From assembly GCA_937899275.1 (NCBI GenBank), contig CALBPE010000026.1:1-33728 (forward strand): a DNA stretch of 33,728 bases. Direction: 5' to 3'. This DNA comes from an uncultured Chlamydiae bacterium (GTDB lineage: Bacteria > Chlamydiota > Chlamydiia > Chlamydiales > SM23-39). Below, in pieces: positions 1 through 10,800 of the stretch. The notes below the pieces were generated by a model. That model did no database searches. It saw only the letters and a list, made by a program, of their open reading frames with translations, and was not told the DNA's origin. A program made the position numbers and the translations under genes. Position 1 is the stretch's first letter. The number at the start of each line of letters is the position of its first letter.

Positions 1-174
1 AAACACGGTTGCAGAGCAGAGCAGAAATATGCATGCCAGTAGTATTAATTTCATTCAAAGATCGTGATAAATAGCCTTTTAAAGGTAGGCGAACATCAAG
101 TCTATCTAAAGCCCATTTTAAAACCCGCACAGATGTTCTTTCTTAGAGAAATACTACCCATTTTTTAATTCTAT

Positions 175-203
175 TTGACAGAACTTAAAAAAAAATTTAC
201 TAT
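175..203 (+). promoter_or_regulatory. Sigma70/sigma66-type promoter for the DUF378 operon (mirror 33526-33554)
   Basis: TTGACA (175-180), 17-nt spacer, TACTAT (198-203); GGGAG ribosome-binding site just before ATG 233. Confidence 0.7.
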
Positions 204-232
204 TAAGTAAACAAGCGATTTAGGGAGTATAT

Positions 233-469
233 ATGCATTTCATTCGTTTCATTGTGTTATTATTAGTTATTGTAGGCGCAATCAATTGGGGCTCATGGGG
301 CTTTTTTCAATATGATTTCGTTGCAGCGCTGCTTGGCGGTAGAAGCGCTCCTTTAGCGCGCCTTGTGTACGCTATTGTGGGTCTTGCAGGTATTTGGGCA
401 ATCAGCTTTTTTGGCTGTGTATGCAAAAATGATAGCTGCTGCTCACGCCACGACGAAAAAGATCAGTAG
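233..469 (+). CDS. DUF378 family small membrane protein
   Basis: LVIVGAINWG..GFFQYDFVAALLGG..LARLVYAIVGLAG matches the DUF378 pattern. Confidence 0.85.
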   Translation: MHFIRFIVLLLVIVGAINWGSWGFFQYDFVAALLGGRSAPLARLVYAIVGLAGIWAISFFGCVCKNDSCCSRHDEKDQ

Positions 470-478
470 TACGATCTT

Positions 479-1369
479 TTGCGTATTCTTATTTCAGGCT
501 CTAACGGATTTATCGGAAGCGCTCTTCTTTCCTATTTTAGCCAGCAAAAAAAGGAGGTTTATCCCCTTTTGCGCTTGCCGGGAAAAAAGGGCGCTTTTTT
601 TTCATATGCCGATCCTTTGTCTACAAAACAAGTGTTAGAGCGTGCCGATGTTTTGATCCATTTAGCAGGGGAAAACATCGCTAAAGGAAGGTGGACAAAG
701 AAAAAAAAGCAAGGCTTAAAAAAAAGCCGCATCGAAACTACAAAAGCGCTAGTACAAGCTATGGAAGCCTGCTCTTTTCCCCCCAAGGTGTTTTTATGCG
801 CCTCTGCTGTCAATTATGCAGGAGAAAAAAATGATCAATCTTTTACCGAAGACGTGCTCCCAGAAAAGGGCTTTTTATCCCAGCTATGCCAAGAATGGGA
901 AGATGCGGCTACAACAGATAGGTCTCGGTGCGCTCAGCTTCGTTTTGGGATGGTTTTAGGTCCCTACGGCGCGGGAAGCGCTCTTGATCCCATGGCGTTT
1001 TTGACGAAACTAGGGCTTAGCGCAAAGCTGTCTACAGGAAAGCAGTTTATTTCTTGGATCCATATTGAAGATGCGCTAAGGGCAATCGACTGGGTCATCC
1101 AACAATCTTTAGAAGGCCCTATCCATATCTCTTCTCCTTACCCTGAGAGGCAAGACGATTTTGCCCGCCTTCTCGCAAAGATGTTACAAAGACCCTACTT
1201 TCTGAAGATGCCCCGCTGGCTTATGCGCGCTTTTTTAGGAGAAATTGCAGATGAGCTTTTCTGCAAAAGCGTGAAGGCTATTCCTAAAAAACTGTTGGAT
1301 AGCGGATTTTGTTTTTCTTATCCCGATCTTAGGAGCGCTTTACAAAAAATCCTGCAATCGAAAAGATAG
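479..1369 (+). CDS. TIGR01777 family NAD-dependent epimerase/oxidoreductase (YfcH-like)
   Basis: N-terminal ILISGSNGFIG Rossmann motif, HLAGENIA..RW, SWIHIED, C-terminal P.KL..GF.F.YP; TTG start. Confidence 0.9.
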   Translation: MRILISGSNGFIGSALLSYFSQQKKEVYPLLRLPGKKGAFFSYADPLSTKQVLERADVLIHLAGENIAKGRWTKKKKQGLKKSRIETTKALVQAMEACSFPPKVFLCASAVNYAGEKNDQSFTEDVLPEKGFLSQLCQEWEDAATTDRSRCAQLRFGMVLGPYGAGSALDPMAFLTKLGLSAKLSTGKQFISWIHIEDALRAIDWVIQQSLEGPIHISSPYPERQDDFARLLAKMLQRPYFLKMPRWLMRAFLGEIADELFCKSVKAIPKKLLDSGFCFSYPDLRSALQKILQSKR

Positions 1370-1388
1370 GAATTAAGGGAGTCTTTAT

Positions 1389-2003
1389 ATGGCAGACAAC
1401 GCAGATACTCCATTTTTTTTGATCTGGAAACAGCCAAAAATAGCGGTGAGAAAAGTGCTGAACACCAATCCTCAGCATCTTACCTTTCCGTTTGCTTTTG
1501 TCAACGCGCTCGATTTTTTATTCTACCAAGCCAATCAAGAGTCTTTGGGTCTTTTTCTGCATTATGGCATCATTGTACTGAGCTGCCTTCTTCTCGCTGT
1601 ATTCTACGCATTTTTTTGGCTCTATATCCTAGGATTTCTCCTTTTTTTGATCACTAAGCTATGTTTTCAAGGGAAAGCTCCTTTTGCCCATATACGCTCA
1701 GCTTTAGCATGGTCAAGCGCCCCTCAGCTGATATCTCTTAGCGTCTGGCTAGCTCTTCTTGTTTTTTCACCCGATTATGCTTTTGTCCGCATGGTCACTC
1801 TACCCTCTTCTATTTTTCTTGGATTCATCATGATTGTTCCTAAAATTTGGAGCGAAGTGCTTTTGATCATGAATTTACAAGAAGCAGCAGAGTATTCTCT
1901 TAGCCGGGCTATTGGCAGTTGGGCCATCTTTTTTACACTTTCCTTAGTTGTCTCTTTTTTCTTCGTACGCCTGGGTAGCTACACCTTGACTTTTATGTCT
2001 TAG
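1389..2003 (+). CDS. YIP1-like integral membrane protein
   Basis: IW.QPK..VR N-terminus, about 5 hydrophobic segments, G.A.F..IRSALAWS..P motif. Confidence 0.65.
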   Translation: MADNADTPFFLIWKQPKIAVRKVLNTNPQHLTFPFAFVNALDFLFYQANQESLGLFLHYGIIVLSCLLLAVFYAFFWLYILGFLLFLITKLCFQGKAPFAHIRSALAWSSAPQLISLSVWLALLVFSPDYAFVRMVTLPSSIFLGFIMIVPKIWSEVLLIMNLQEAAEYSLSRAIGSWAIFFTLSLVVSFFFVRLGSYTLTFMS

Positions 2004-2036
2004 CTTGTATATCTTTATGGATCAACAGGTATCTAT

Positions 2037-2363
2037 ATGACTGATTTTACTGAAGATATGCTTTGCAATTTAGAAAAAATGGCGCATATCGAATGCGAAA
2101 AAAATGAAGAAGCCCTCCTGACAGATAGTCTAAAAAAAATTTTAGATTATGTGGAGCAGCTCAGCGAAGTCTCTACAGAAGATACCCCGATTTTTTCTCA
2201 TCAGATGTTTTTACAAGCAAAAAACGCTTCACCCCAACCTCTTCGAAAAGATGAACCTGGCTATTTGTTACCTACAGAAACGTATTTGGAAAATGTGCCT
2301 GAAAAAACAGCTGGCATGATCCGCGTCCCCCCTGTCCTACAGCCAAAAGAGAAAAACGGATGA
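2037..2363 (+). CDS. gatC: Asp/Glu-tRNA amidotransferase subunit C
   Basis: L.KIL.YVEQL.EV.T, LRKDEP and IRVPPVL motifs; overlaps the gatA start (ATGA). Confidence 0.9.
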   Translation: MTDFTEDMLCNLEKMAHIECEKNEEALLTDSLKKILDYVEQLSEVSTEDTPIFSHQMFLQAKNASPQPLRKDEPGYLLPTETYLENVPEKTAGMIRVPPVLQPKEKNG

Positions 2364-3823
2364 ACCAGTTACATACAAAAAGCGCTTTGGCCATTAGAAA
2401 TCTATTTGTCCAAGGAGAAATAAGCGCAGTAGAAATTGTCTCCCACTACCTAGAAAGGATTCATAAGTACAATCCCGATCTACAGGCTTTTCTCAAGATT
2501 TACGATGATCAAGCGTTAAAAAAAGCTGCCCTTTTAGATGAAAAAAGAGCGCAAAAAAAGCCTCTTGGTCAGATGGCAGGTCTTCCTATTGGAATCAAAG
2601 ACAATACCCATATTCAAGGAGAGATCACGACTTGCGGCTCAAAATTTTTAGAACACTATAGAGCTCCTTTCAGCGCAACTGCTGTCCGTTTGATGCTAGA
2701 AGAAGATGCCATCATTATGGGAAAACTCAATCTAGATGAGTTTTCTATGGGCGCATCGAGTGAAAACTCTGCTTACATGACCACAAAAAACCCTTGGAAT
2801 ACCGAGTGCACACCAGGAGGCTCTTCTGGAGGCTCTGCTGCCGCTATATCTGCAAGGTTGATTGCTCTTGCTACTGGTAGCGATACAGGCGGATCGATTC
2901 GTCAGCCCGCTTCTTTCTGCGGCATTTCAGGGTTTAAACCTACCTACGGTAGAGTTTCTCGTTATGGGCTTGTTGCTTTTGGCTCATCTTTAGATCAAAT
3001 TGGTCCTCTAGGAGCAAGAGTAAAAGATATTGCTTTGATGATGGAAACCATCGGAAGAAACTGCCCTAAAGATCCCACTTCCCTAAAAAAATCGAGCGAA
3101 GAGATCCTCACCTCTTTTTCTACCGATATGAAAGGAAAAGTCATTGGCGTTCCCCACAAACTACTGGAAGATTTAAAAGGTGAGGTAAAAACCGATTTTC
3201 AAGACTCGTTAAAAAGGATGGAGTCTTTAGGAGCTACTCTCGTCGATGTAGACCTCGATATCTTGCGCTATTCTATTGCTGTATACTACATTTTAGCGAC
3301 AGCAGAAGCCTCGACTAATCTCGCCCGTTTTGATGGGATTCGTCATGGGATAAGAACGCCTCAAGCGGCATCTTTTGAAGAGGTATATAAATACTCACGC
3401 GATAGTGGATTTGGTCAAGAAGTAAAAAAACGGATCTTACTTGGAACCTTTGTCCTTTCTTCAGGACATCGAGATGAATTTTATCGAAAAGCGCAAAAGA
3501 TTCGCTATCTGATTGCAGAAGCGTTTCATAACGCTTTTAATAAAACAGACTTTATCGCAATGCCTACATGCCCTGTCACCGCTTTTGCCTTGGGCTCTTT
3601 TCCCGATCCCTTTGAGATGTATTTACAAGATAGCTTAACTATTCCTGCAAGCTTAGCTGGACTTCCCGCTATTTCTGTACCCTCTGGTATTGATAGCAAA
3701 AATAAGCCAATGAGCCTACAAATCATTGGACCTAAACTACAAGATGCAGCGGTGCTGCAAGCAGGCTATGCGTTTGAACAAACAGCGCCTCTTTACAAAA
3801 CGCTACCTAAAGGTTTCCTATGA
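2360..3823 (+). CDS. gatA: Asp/Glu-tRNA amidotransferase subunit A
   Basis: Amidase signature PGGSSGGSAAA..GSDTGGSIRQPASFCG; ASTNLARFDG; EVKKRILLGTFVLS. Confidence 0.97.
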   Translation: MNQLHTKSALAIRNLFVQGEISAVEIVSHYLERIHKYNPDLQAFLKIYDDQALKKAALLDEKRAQKKPLGQMAGLPIGIKDNTHIQGEITTCGSKFLEHYRAPFSATAVRLMLEEDAIIMGKLNLDEFSMGASSENSAYMTTKNPWNTECTPGGSSGGSAAAISARLIALATGSDTGGSIRQPASFCGISGFKPTYGRVSRYGLVAFGSSLDQIGPLGARVKDIALMMETIGRNCPKDPTSLKKSSEEILTSFSTDMKGKVIGVPHKLLEDLKGEVKTDFQDSLKRMESLGATLVDVDLDILRYSIAVYYILATAEASTNLARFDGIRHGIRTPQAASFEEVYKYSRDSGFGQEVKKRILLGTFVLSSGHRDEFYRKAQKIRYLIAEAFHNAFNKTDFIAMPTCPVTAFALGSFPDPFEMYLQDSLTIPASLAGLPAISVPSGIDSKNKPMSLQIIGPKLQDAAVLQAGYAFEQTAPLYKTLPKGFL

Positions 3824-5283
3824 CTTCGCTTAAAGACTGGGATGTAGTCATTGGTCTTGAGATCCATGTGCAGCTCAACACCCACACTAAGCTTTTTTCT
3901 CCCGCTCCCAATACCTTTGGAGAAAACCCCAACCAAAATATTTCTACTATTTGTACAGGGCAGCCTGGGTCCCTACCACTGCTAAATGAAGCAGCGGTAG
4001 AAAAAGCGGTGCAATTTGGCCTAGCTGTCAATGCAGATATATCTAGGCAAAGCTCTTTTGATCGCAAGTCCTACTTTTATCCCGACTCGCCTAGAAATTT
4101 CCAAATCACACAATTTTTCCATCCCATTGTAAAAAATGGCTACGTCGAAATTTCTTTAGAAGATAGCGTGAAAAAAGTGGAGATCACAGCAGCGCATCTA
4201 GAAGATGATGCGGGAACATTGAAACATTTTTCTAGCTTTACTGGAGTCGATGATAATCGAGCAGGAGCCCCCTTAATGGAAATCATTTCTGCTCCTTGCT
4301 TAAAAAGCGCAAGCGAAGCTGCTCTTTACGCCAAAGAAATCAAATCAATTTTTCAGTATATCGGCGCCTCAGACGCCAATATGGACCAAGGCCAGCTTAG
4401 AATGGATGCGAATATATCGGTTAGGCCTCAAGGGGAGACTACGCTTAGAAATAAAGTGGAAATCAAAAACATCAATTCTTTTCATTTTTTAGAACTCGCG
4501 ATCAACCAAGAAATATCGAGACAAATTGCCATCTATGAAAAAGATCCCCATGCTGTAATCGCCTCTTCTACTTGCCGGTTTGATCCAGTGCAAAAAACAC
4601 TGACCGTTATGCGCAAAAAAGAAAGCGCAGAAGACTATAGGTATATGCCTGAGCCAGATATTCCCCCACTGATGATTGAAGAAGAACTCATTGAACGGCT
4701 CACATGCTCCCTTCCAGAGCTAAGAAGAGCGCGAAAAAACCGCTACAAAGAGCAGCTCCAATTATCAAAAGATGCAGCAGAGATCCTGACAGAAGAAAAA
4801 GCCCTTGCCGACTATTTTGAAGAAGCTCTTTCTTTTTGCCCCTCTTCTTTATCGGCAAATTTGCTTGCAAACTGGATTACCATCGAGTTTTTTGGTAGAG
4901 CAAAAGAAGCGGGAAAACACTTTTTATCTACCAGCATACCAGAAAAGCATATCGGCTCTTTGATCACCTTAATCGAAGATAAAACCATCACCTCAAGGAT
5001 TGCAAAAAGTATTGCAGATGAGATGATGAAAAAACCCCATACATCACCCCAGACTATCGTTCAGGAAAATCCCGATTATTTGCCTATGAGTGATCCGGCT
5101 ATCATCGAGCCTATTGTAGAAAAAATCCTGCAAGATCACCCCCAGTCGATTGAAGGCTTTAAAAACGGTAAACAAAAAGCGATTTCTTTTCTCGTGGGAC
5201 AGGTGATGAGATCCACCAAAGGCTGAGCGTCGCCTGAAGTAGTCAACACCCTTCTTCATAAAAAGCTTGACTCCAATCGGTAA
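3820..5283 (+). CDS. gatB: Asp/Glu-tRNA amidotransferase subunit B; this copy has an apparent premature TGA at 5224-5226, probably a sequence error
   Basis: VIGLEIHVQL, FDRKSYFYPD, HLEDDAG, DYRYMPEPD motifs. The mirror copy (28446-29909) reads through to 487 aa. Confidence 0.95.
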
Positions 5284-5358
5284 TATTCTCTAAAAACCGT
5301 ATCAAGGGAGGAGTGGACAAAATCCCTCTTTCGAAATTCCGTGGAATAGCTCTGCCGC

Positions 5359-6789
5359 ATGAAAAAGAGATACATTTTGTTGTTTTTGGGGGGATCCCTA
5401 CTTTCTAGCTGTAGTCATACAAAGGCTCTTGTCGATCCCTACGCGCTTGCTCCTTCATTACCTAATGCGATGTGGCAAATCGATGCAGAAGATAGCTGCC
5501 TTCTTTCCTCTAAGTATTTTACTACCTATATCCCTAAAGATTATGATGATCACGACCTATCTTTAGCAGAACTTATCGATATCGCTCTTTATAATAATTT
5601 TAATATTAAATCCTCGTGGGCAGAAGCGCGGTCTAAAGCAGCAATTTACGCCCAGTCCGAGGCAGCGTACCTTCCAAAAATTGATGCATCTGCAAAATAC
5701 CAAAGAGAAAGACAAACGTTTTCCCTATCGGAAACCTTCACAATTCCCTATCTACTGACTACGACAGGCCCTGAAATGCAGATCACCTATACCCTACTAG
5801 ATTTTGGAGCGAGAAAAGCAAGTTCTGATGCTGCAAGAAAAAGCCTGCTTTTTGCCGATTTAACGCATAACCGCACGATTCAAACAGCGATACAAATCGT
5901 AATGGACGACTACTACACCTATTTATATGAAAAAGAGCGTCTTTTAGCGTTAGAAGCTGACGTAGAAAATGCGTCTGTTACGCTCCAAGCAGCAGAAGAA
6001 AAAGGCCGCGTAGGTGTATTTGCAGCAGGCGATATATCCCAGGCAAAAACGCATTTCATCCAGAAAAAAATTGCGATGATTGGACAAAAAAAAGCTACGC
6101 TTCGCCAGTTTTCTCAGCTAGCAAAAGATCTAGGGCTTCCCGCAAACATCTCTTTCAACGTACAGCCTTTGCCGAAAAAAGTAGTGGTAAAAAGCTGCAT
6201 AGAAGATGCAGATCTTCTTATTGCAAAAGCGCAAAAATGCCGCCCTGATCTACAAGCATCTATAGCTAAAGTAGCGGAAAAAAAAGCAGATCTTGTAAAA
6301 GCGCGCTCAGGGCATTTTCCTAAAGTGGATGCTTCTTTTGATTTAGGAAAATACTGGTACGACCATGCGCAAGATGAGGATTACCACTGGGCTTTTCTTC
6401 TAAAGTTAGAACTGCCTTTATTCGAGGGGTTTATGGTAGAAAATCAAATAAAACAAAAGCAGGCGGATTTAGAAAAAAGCGCAGCTGAGCTCTTGTCTAA
6501 AGAGCTGAGTGTCGTTAGCGAAATCCAAAATGCGCGTACAAATCTCATTGCAGCAAAAGATGCCCTCGGTTTTACAGAAGAATACCTCAAAGAAGCGAAA
6601 AAACAGTTTCGTATCGCTACAGAAAACTACCGGTTAGGCGTCAATACGATTTTAGATGTGCTTTCTGCGCAAAGCTCTCTTGCTGATGCAAGAGCAAAAC
6701 TTGCTGAAGCCAAAAAAAATTGGTACCAATCGCTAGCAGAAATCGCCTATAGCACAGGCGCCTTCGGTTTTACAGAAGAGGTATTATGA
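5359..6789 (+). CDS. TolC-family outer membrane efflux lipoprotein
   Basis: Lipobox-like LLSSC; OEP repeats (LSLAELIDIAL.NN, RPDL, Y.LG..TILDVL.AQ); first gene of the efflux operon. Confidence 0.9.
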   Translation: MKKRYILLFLGGSLLSSCSHTKALVDPYALAPSLPNAMWQIDAEDSCLLSSKYFTTYIPKDYDDHDLSLAELIDIALYNNFNIKSSWAEARSKAAIYAQSEAAYLPKIDASAKYQRERQTFSLSETFTIPYLLTTTGPEMQITYTLLDFGARKASSDAARKSLLFADLTHNRTIQTAIQIVMDDYYTYLYEKERLLALEADVENASVTLQAAEEKGRVGVFAAGDISQAKTHFIQKKIAMIGQKKATLRQFSQLAKDLGLPANISFNVQPLPKKVVVKSCIEDADLLIAKAQKCRPDLQASIAKVAEKKADLVKARSGHFPKVDASFDLGKYWYDHAQDEDYHWAFLLKLELPLFEGFMVENQIKQKQADLEKSAAELLSKELSVVSEIQNARTNLIAAKDALGFTEEYLKEAKKQFRIATENYRLGVNTILDVLSAQSSLADARAKLAEAKKNWYQSLAEIAYSTGAFGFTEEVL

Positions 6790-7874
6790 GACCCATTTGT
6801 ATACTTTTCTGCATCGTTTTTTTTTCCTGTTCTAGAGAAAAAAAGCCGCCTATTTCTCCTGTTTTTCCTGTAAAAACAGCCAAGGTCCGTCAGATAGATA
6901 TCCCCCTATACCGCGATACAATAGGTAGGGTTGAGCCTATATTACGGGTAGATGTCACCTCCCGCGTACAAGGTCAAATCACAGGGGTATATTTTCAAGA
7001 AGGGAGCCCAATTAAAAAAGGAGATCTTCTTTTTACGATCGATCCAAGAACATTGGAAGCAGAAGTAAAAAAAGCAGAAGGCGTCTTGCAACAGCGCCTT
7101 GCTAATTTAGATATAGCAAGAGAAAAAGTAGTCCGTTTTTCTCCTTTAACCGATGAAGATTACTATGCAAAACTGCAGTTCGATGCGCTAAAAAGCAAGC
7201 TACACGCAGCAGAAGGCGCTGTAAAACAAGCGGAAGCAAATCTACAAAAAGCGCGCGTAGAACTCGGCTACTGCTGGATCTATTCCCCTATCAAAGGAAG
7301 AGCTGGCATCTTAAAAATTGATGAAGGCAATATCCTTACAGGAGATGATCAAAAAACGCTTGTCACGATCCATCAAATGCATCCCATGTACGTCTCTTTT
7401 TCCCTACCTGAAAAAGACCTTGGGGTGATTCGTAAGTATAGGAAAAAGCAGGGCCCTTTGCGCACAACAGCTTTGGATCCAACGAAGCAAATCAGCTGGC
7501 AGGGAAAACTTGAGATGATCAACAACCAAATCGACCCAGATACAGGAACGATTACCCTTCGCTCTGTATTTTCTAATAAAGAAGAGGCGCTTTGGCCGGG
7601 AAAATATGTCCAAGTGCGCTTGATTTTATCGATACAAAAAGATGCGCTGATGATCCCTTTTAGCGCGGTAAACCGCAGCAGTAAAGGCGCTTTTGTCTTT
7701 GTCATTAACGGACAAAATGTAGCAGCTATGCGCTTTATCAGTACCGGACAAAGGTATGGAGATGAGATTTGTATTTCTAAAGGGCTCCAGCCCGATGAAG
7801 AAGTGGTGATTGCAGGCAGTCAAAACCTTTATCCAGGCGCTTTAGTATCAAAAACGCTAGAAAGAGGCTTATGA
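6786..7874 (+). CDS. RND efflux periplasmic adaptor (MFP, MdtA-like)
   Basis: V.SRV.GQI..V.F.EG..IKKGDLLF.IDPR lipoyl motif; I.SPI.GR.G; NQIDPDTGTI..R..F.N...LWPG. Confidence 0.93.
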   Translation: MRPICILFCIVFFSCSREKKPPISPVFPVKTAKVRQIDIPLYRDTIGRVEPILRVDVTSRVQGQITGVYFQEGSPIKKGDLLFTIDPRTLEAEVKKAEGVLQQRLANLDIAREKVVRFSPLTDEDYYAKLQFDALKSKLHAAEGAVKQAEANLQKARVELGYCWIYSPIKGRAGILKIDEGNILTGDDQKTLVTIHQMHPMYVSFSLPEKDLGVIRKYRKKQGPLRTTALDPTKQISWQGKLEMINNQIDPDTGTITLRSVFSNKEEALWPGKYVQVRLILSIQKDALMIPFSAVNRSSKGAFVFVINGQNVAAMRFISTGQRYGDEICISKGLQPDEEVVIAGSQNLYPGALVSKTLERGL

Positions 7875-10800
7875 ACCTGCCCACACTTTGCATCAAAAAG
7901 CCGGTGATGACAACCCTTGTGATGCTATCCATCGCATTTTTTGGGTATTTTTCTTACAAAAGCCTCCCTGTATCCGACCTTCCCAATGTGGAATTTCCCA
8001 CGATAACGGTATCTTTATCCTATCCTGGCGCAAGCCCTGAAACGATTTCGGCAAGCTGCGCTGTGCCTTTAGAGCGGCAGTTTATGACAATCGATGGGGT
8101 CCATACGTTATTTTCTAGAAGCCAAAACGGCTCTTTAACCGCTGTTTTGCAGTTTGTATTAGAAAAATCTATGGATAGCGCAGCAGTGGATGTGCAAGCA
8201 GCAATTAACCGCGCCCTTCCAAATTTACCAGATGACCTTCCCTCAAGCCCTACCTATAAAAAAATCAATCCAGCGCAGACTCCCATTTTATACATCGCTG
8301 TGACTTCTGATGCATTAGATAAACAAAAGCTCTATGACTACGCCAACACCTACATAGGTCAAAGGCTCAGCATTTTGCCTGGCGTATCGCAGGTCATTAC
8401 CTTCGGCTCACCCTATGCTGCTCGCATCCAGATCGATCCGGGAAAACTCGCCCATATCGGCTTGACCATGAAAGATGTTGTACAAGCAGTAACAAAGGCC
8501 AACGTCGATCTACCTACAGGCGTATTGTATGGAAAAGCGCGGGAATCTACCATCGATGTCGATGGACAAATTATGTCTGCAGAAGGCTATGAGAAGTTAG
8601 TGTTACGAAGCAAAGATGGCAAAACGGTCTGTATTGGCGATGTAGGAAGAGCTGTAAACAGCTTAGAAGATGATAAATACTCGCTTACCTACAGACAGAA
8701 AAATGCAGTTAAGCCCTGCGTTGTTCTTGCAGTGCAAACCCTGCCAGGGGCAAATACGGTATCGGTTACAGATCAGATCTTTCAAACGCTTCCCAGCCTT
8801 AAAAAAGAGCTTCCCGCATCTCTTAGATACGCAACTTTATATAACAAAAAAACCATTATACTCGATTCAGTTCGCGATGTGAAACTGACCCTATGGATTG
8901 CTTTTATCCTAGTCGTGGGCATCATCTATCTATTTTTTGGTAAGTGGCAAAACACCTTAATCCCCTCTTTTGCTATCCCTCTATCGATTTTAGGTACCTT
9001 TTGTTTACTATACATCTTAGGTTATAGCTTAGATATTTTATCGCTTCTTGCATTAACCCTTTCGATTGGGTTTTTAGTGGATGATGCAATCGTTGTCCTT
9101 GAAAACATCATACGTCATGTTCATGAAGGGAAAAGCCCGCGAGATGCCGCTATGATCGGCTCAACAGAAATCACGAGTACTGTAGTGTCTATGAGCCTTT
9201 GTTTGATCAGCGTATTTTTTCCCATGCTATTTTTAGATAGTATTTTAGGTAGGTTATTTCGAGAATTCTCCCTTACCATTATGATTGCTGTAGGTTTTTC
9301 TGGCGCTATTGCTCTTTCATTAACACCTTTACTTTGTAGCCGGTGTATCAAAAAAAGGAGCCAAAAAGCCCAAAAAAGCCGCGTAGAGAGGCAAACAGAA
9401 AAATGCCAAAAAGCTCTTCTTTCCCTGTATCAAAAAGCGCTTACATGGGCTTTTAAAAAAAAGCGCTTCGTATTATTTCTAGGGTTTTTATCTTTTGTAG
9501 GATCGGTTGTTCTGATCAAAGAGATGCCCACAGATTTTCTACCGGTACAAGACGAAGGGTTTATCCAAGGCTTTACTCAATCACAAGATGGAACGTCCCC
9601 CTTTTCTCAAAAAGAAAAACAAGACCAGATAGCAGCTATTTGCGCAAATGACCCCGCTGTGCAATCGGTGGTATCGATGACATCTGTATCAAGCGTAGTG
9701 AGCGATAACCAAGGATTATTTTTTCTACAGCTAAAGCCATTAGACAAAAGAGCTTCTCTTTCCACTGTAGTAGAAGATCTACAAAAAAAAATCGAAGAGG
9801 TACCCGGTATTAACGCCTACCTTTCCCCTCTTCCTTTGATCAACTTAACCTTAGGCACGACAACAAAAGCGCTTTATCAATACTCTTTGACAGGTATCGA
9901 TACCAAAACGCTTTATCCCGCAGTAGAAAAAATGGTGGCAGAAGTAAAAAAACGGCGCGATCTTTTCACCGAGGTATCTTCTGATTTGCAAATCAGCCAG
10001 CCCCAAACACAAATTACCATACGTCGAAAACAAGCCGCTGAACTCGGCATCGATGCAAGAGATATTGAGGATCTTTTTAGCTACGCTTATTCAACAAATA
10101 AAATCTCTACCATCTATGGCGCTTTGAATCAATATGACGTTATTGTGGAAACGCTACCTCAATTTTACCGAGATTCTTCTGCATTTTCCTATCTGTTTTT
10201 ACGCAATAAACAAAACCTTCTTGTTCCTTTAACCCAGGTAGTCGATACCAAGGAGTCGGTAGGTCCTTTATCGATGACGCATATCAACGGACTTCCTGCA
10301 GCGACGATATCGTTTAACGTAGCTCCTGGAAAAACATTAGGCGAGGCGATTTCTGTCCTCGAAAAATATAGTGCAATGCTGCTTCCCCGTTCGGTATCAG
10401 GTAGATCCAGCGGATCTGCCGAGGTCTTTCAAAAAAGTGTACGGTCCATGGCGCTTCTTTTTCTTTTAACCGTTTTTGTCATCTATCTGATTTTAGGCAT
10501 CTTATATGAACATTTTCTCCACCCGTTAACTGTGATGAGCGCGCTTTTCCCCGCTACATTTGGCGGTCTTTTCTCTCTTTACATCATGGGTAAGGCGTTA
10601 TCGTTATTTTCCTTTGTCGGGATCATCATGCTGCTGGGTATTGTGATGAAAAACGGCATCATGATGGTTGATTTTGCAAATACAGCAATCAAAAAAGGAT
10701 CGAGCAGCTACGATGCGATTTTCACTGCCTGCATCCTCCGTTTTCGGCCTATACTTATGACAAGTTTTGCAGCGCTTATGGGCGCTTTACCGATCGCTTT

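Noticed and set aside
1..130. Possible partial minus-strand ORF running off the window edge (VRVLKWALDRLDVRLPLKGY...)
   Set aside because: It is too short and truncated to support, with no recognisable motif.
3820..5226. Genuine gatB pseudogene or programmed TGA recoding
   Set aside because: The mirror copy has AAA at this codon, and the stop sits in a cluster of four mismatches typical of a consensus error.
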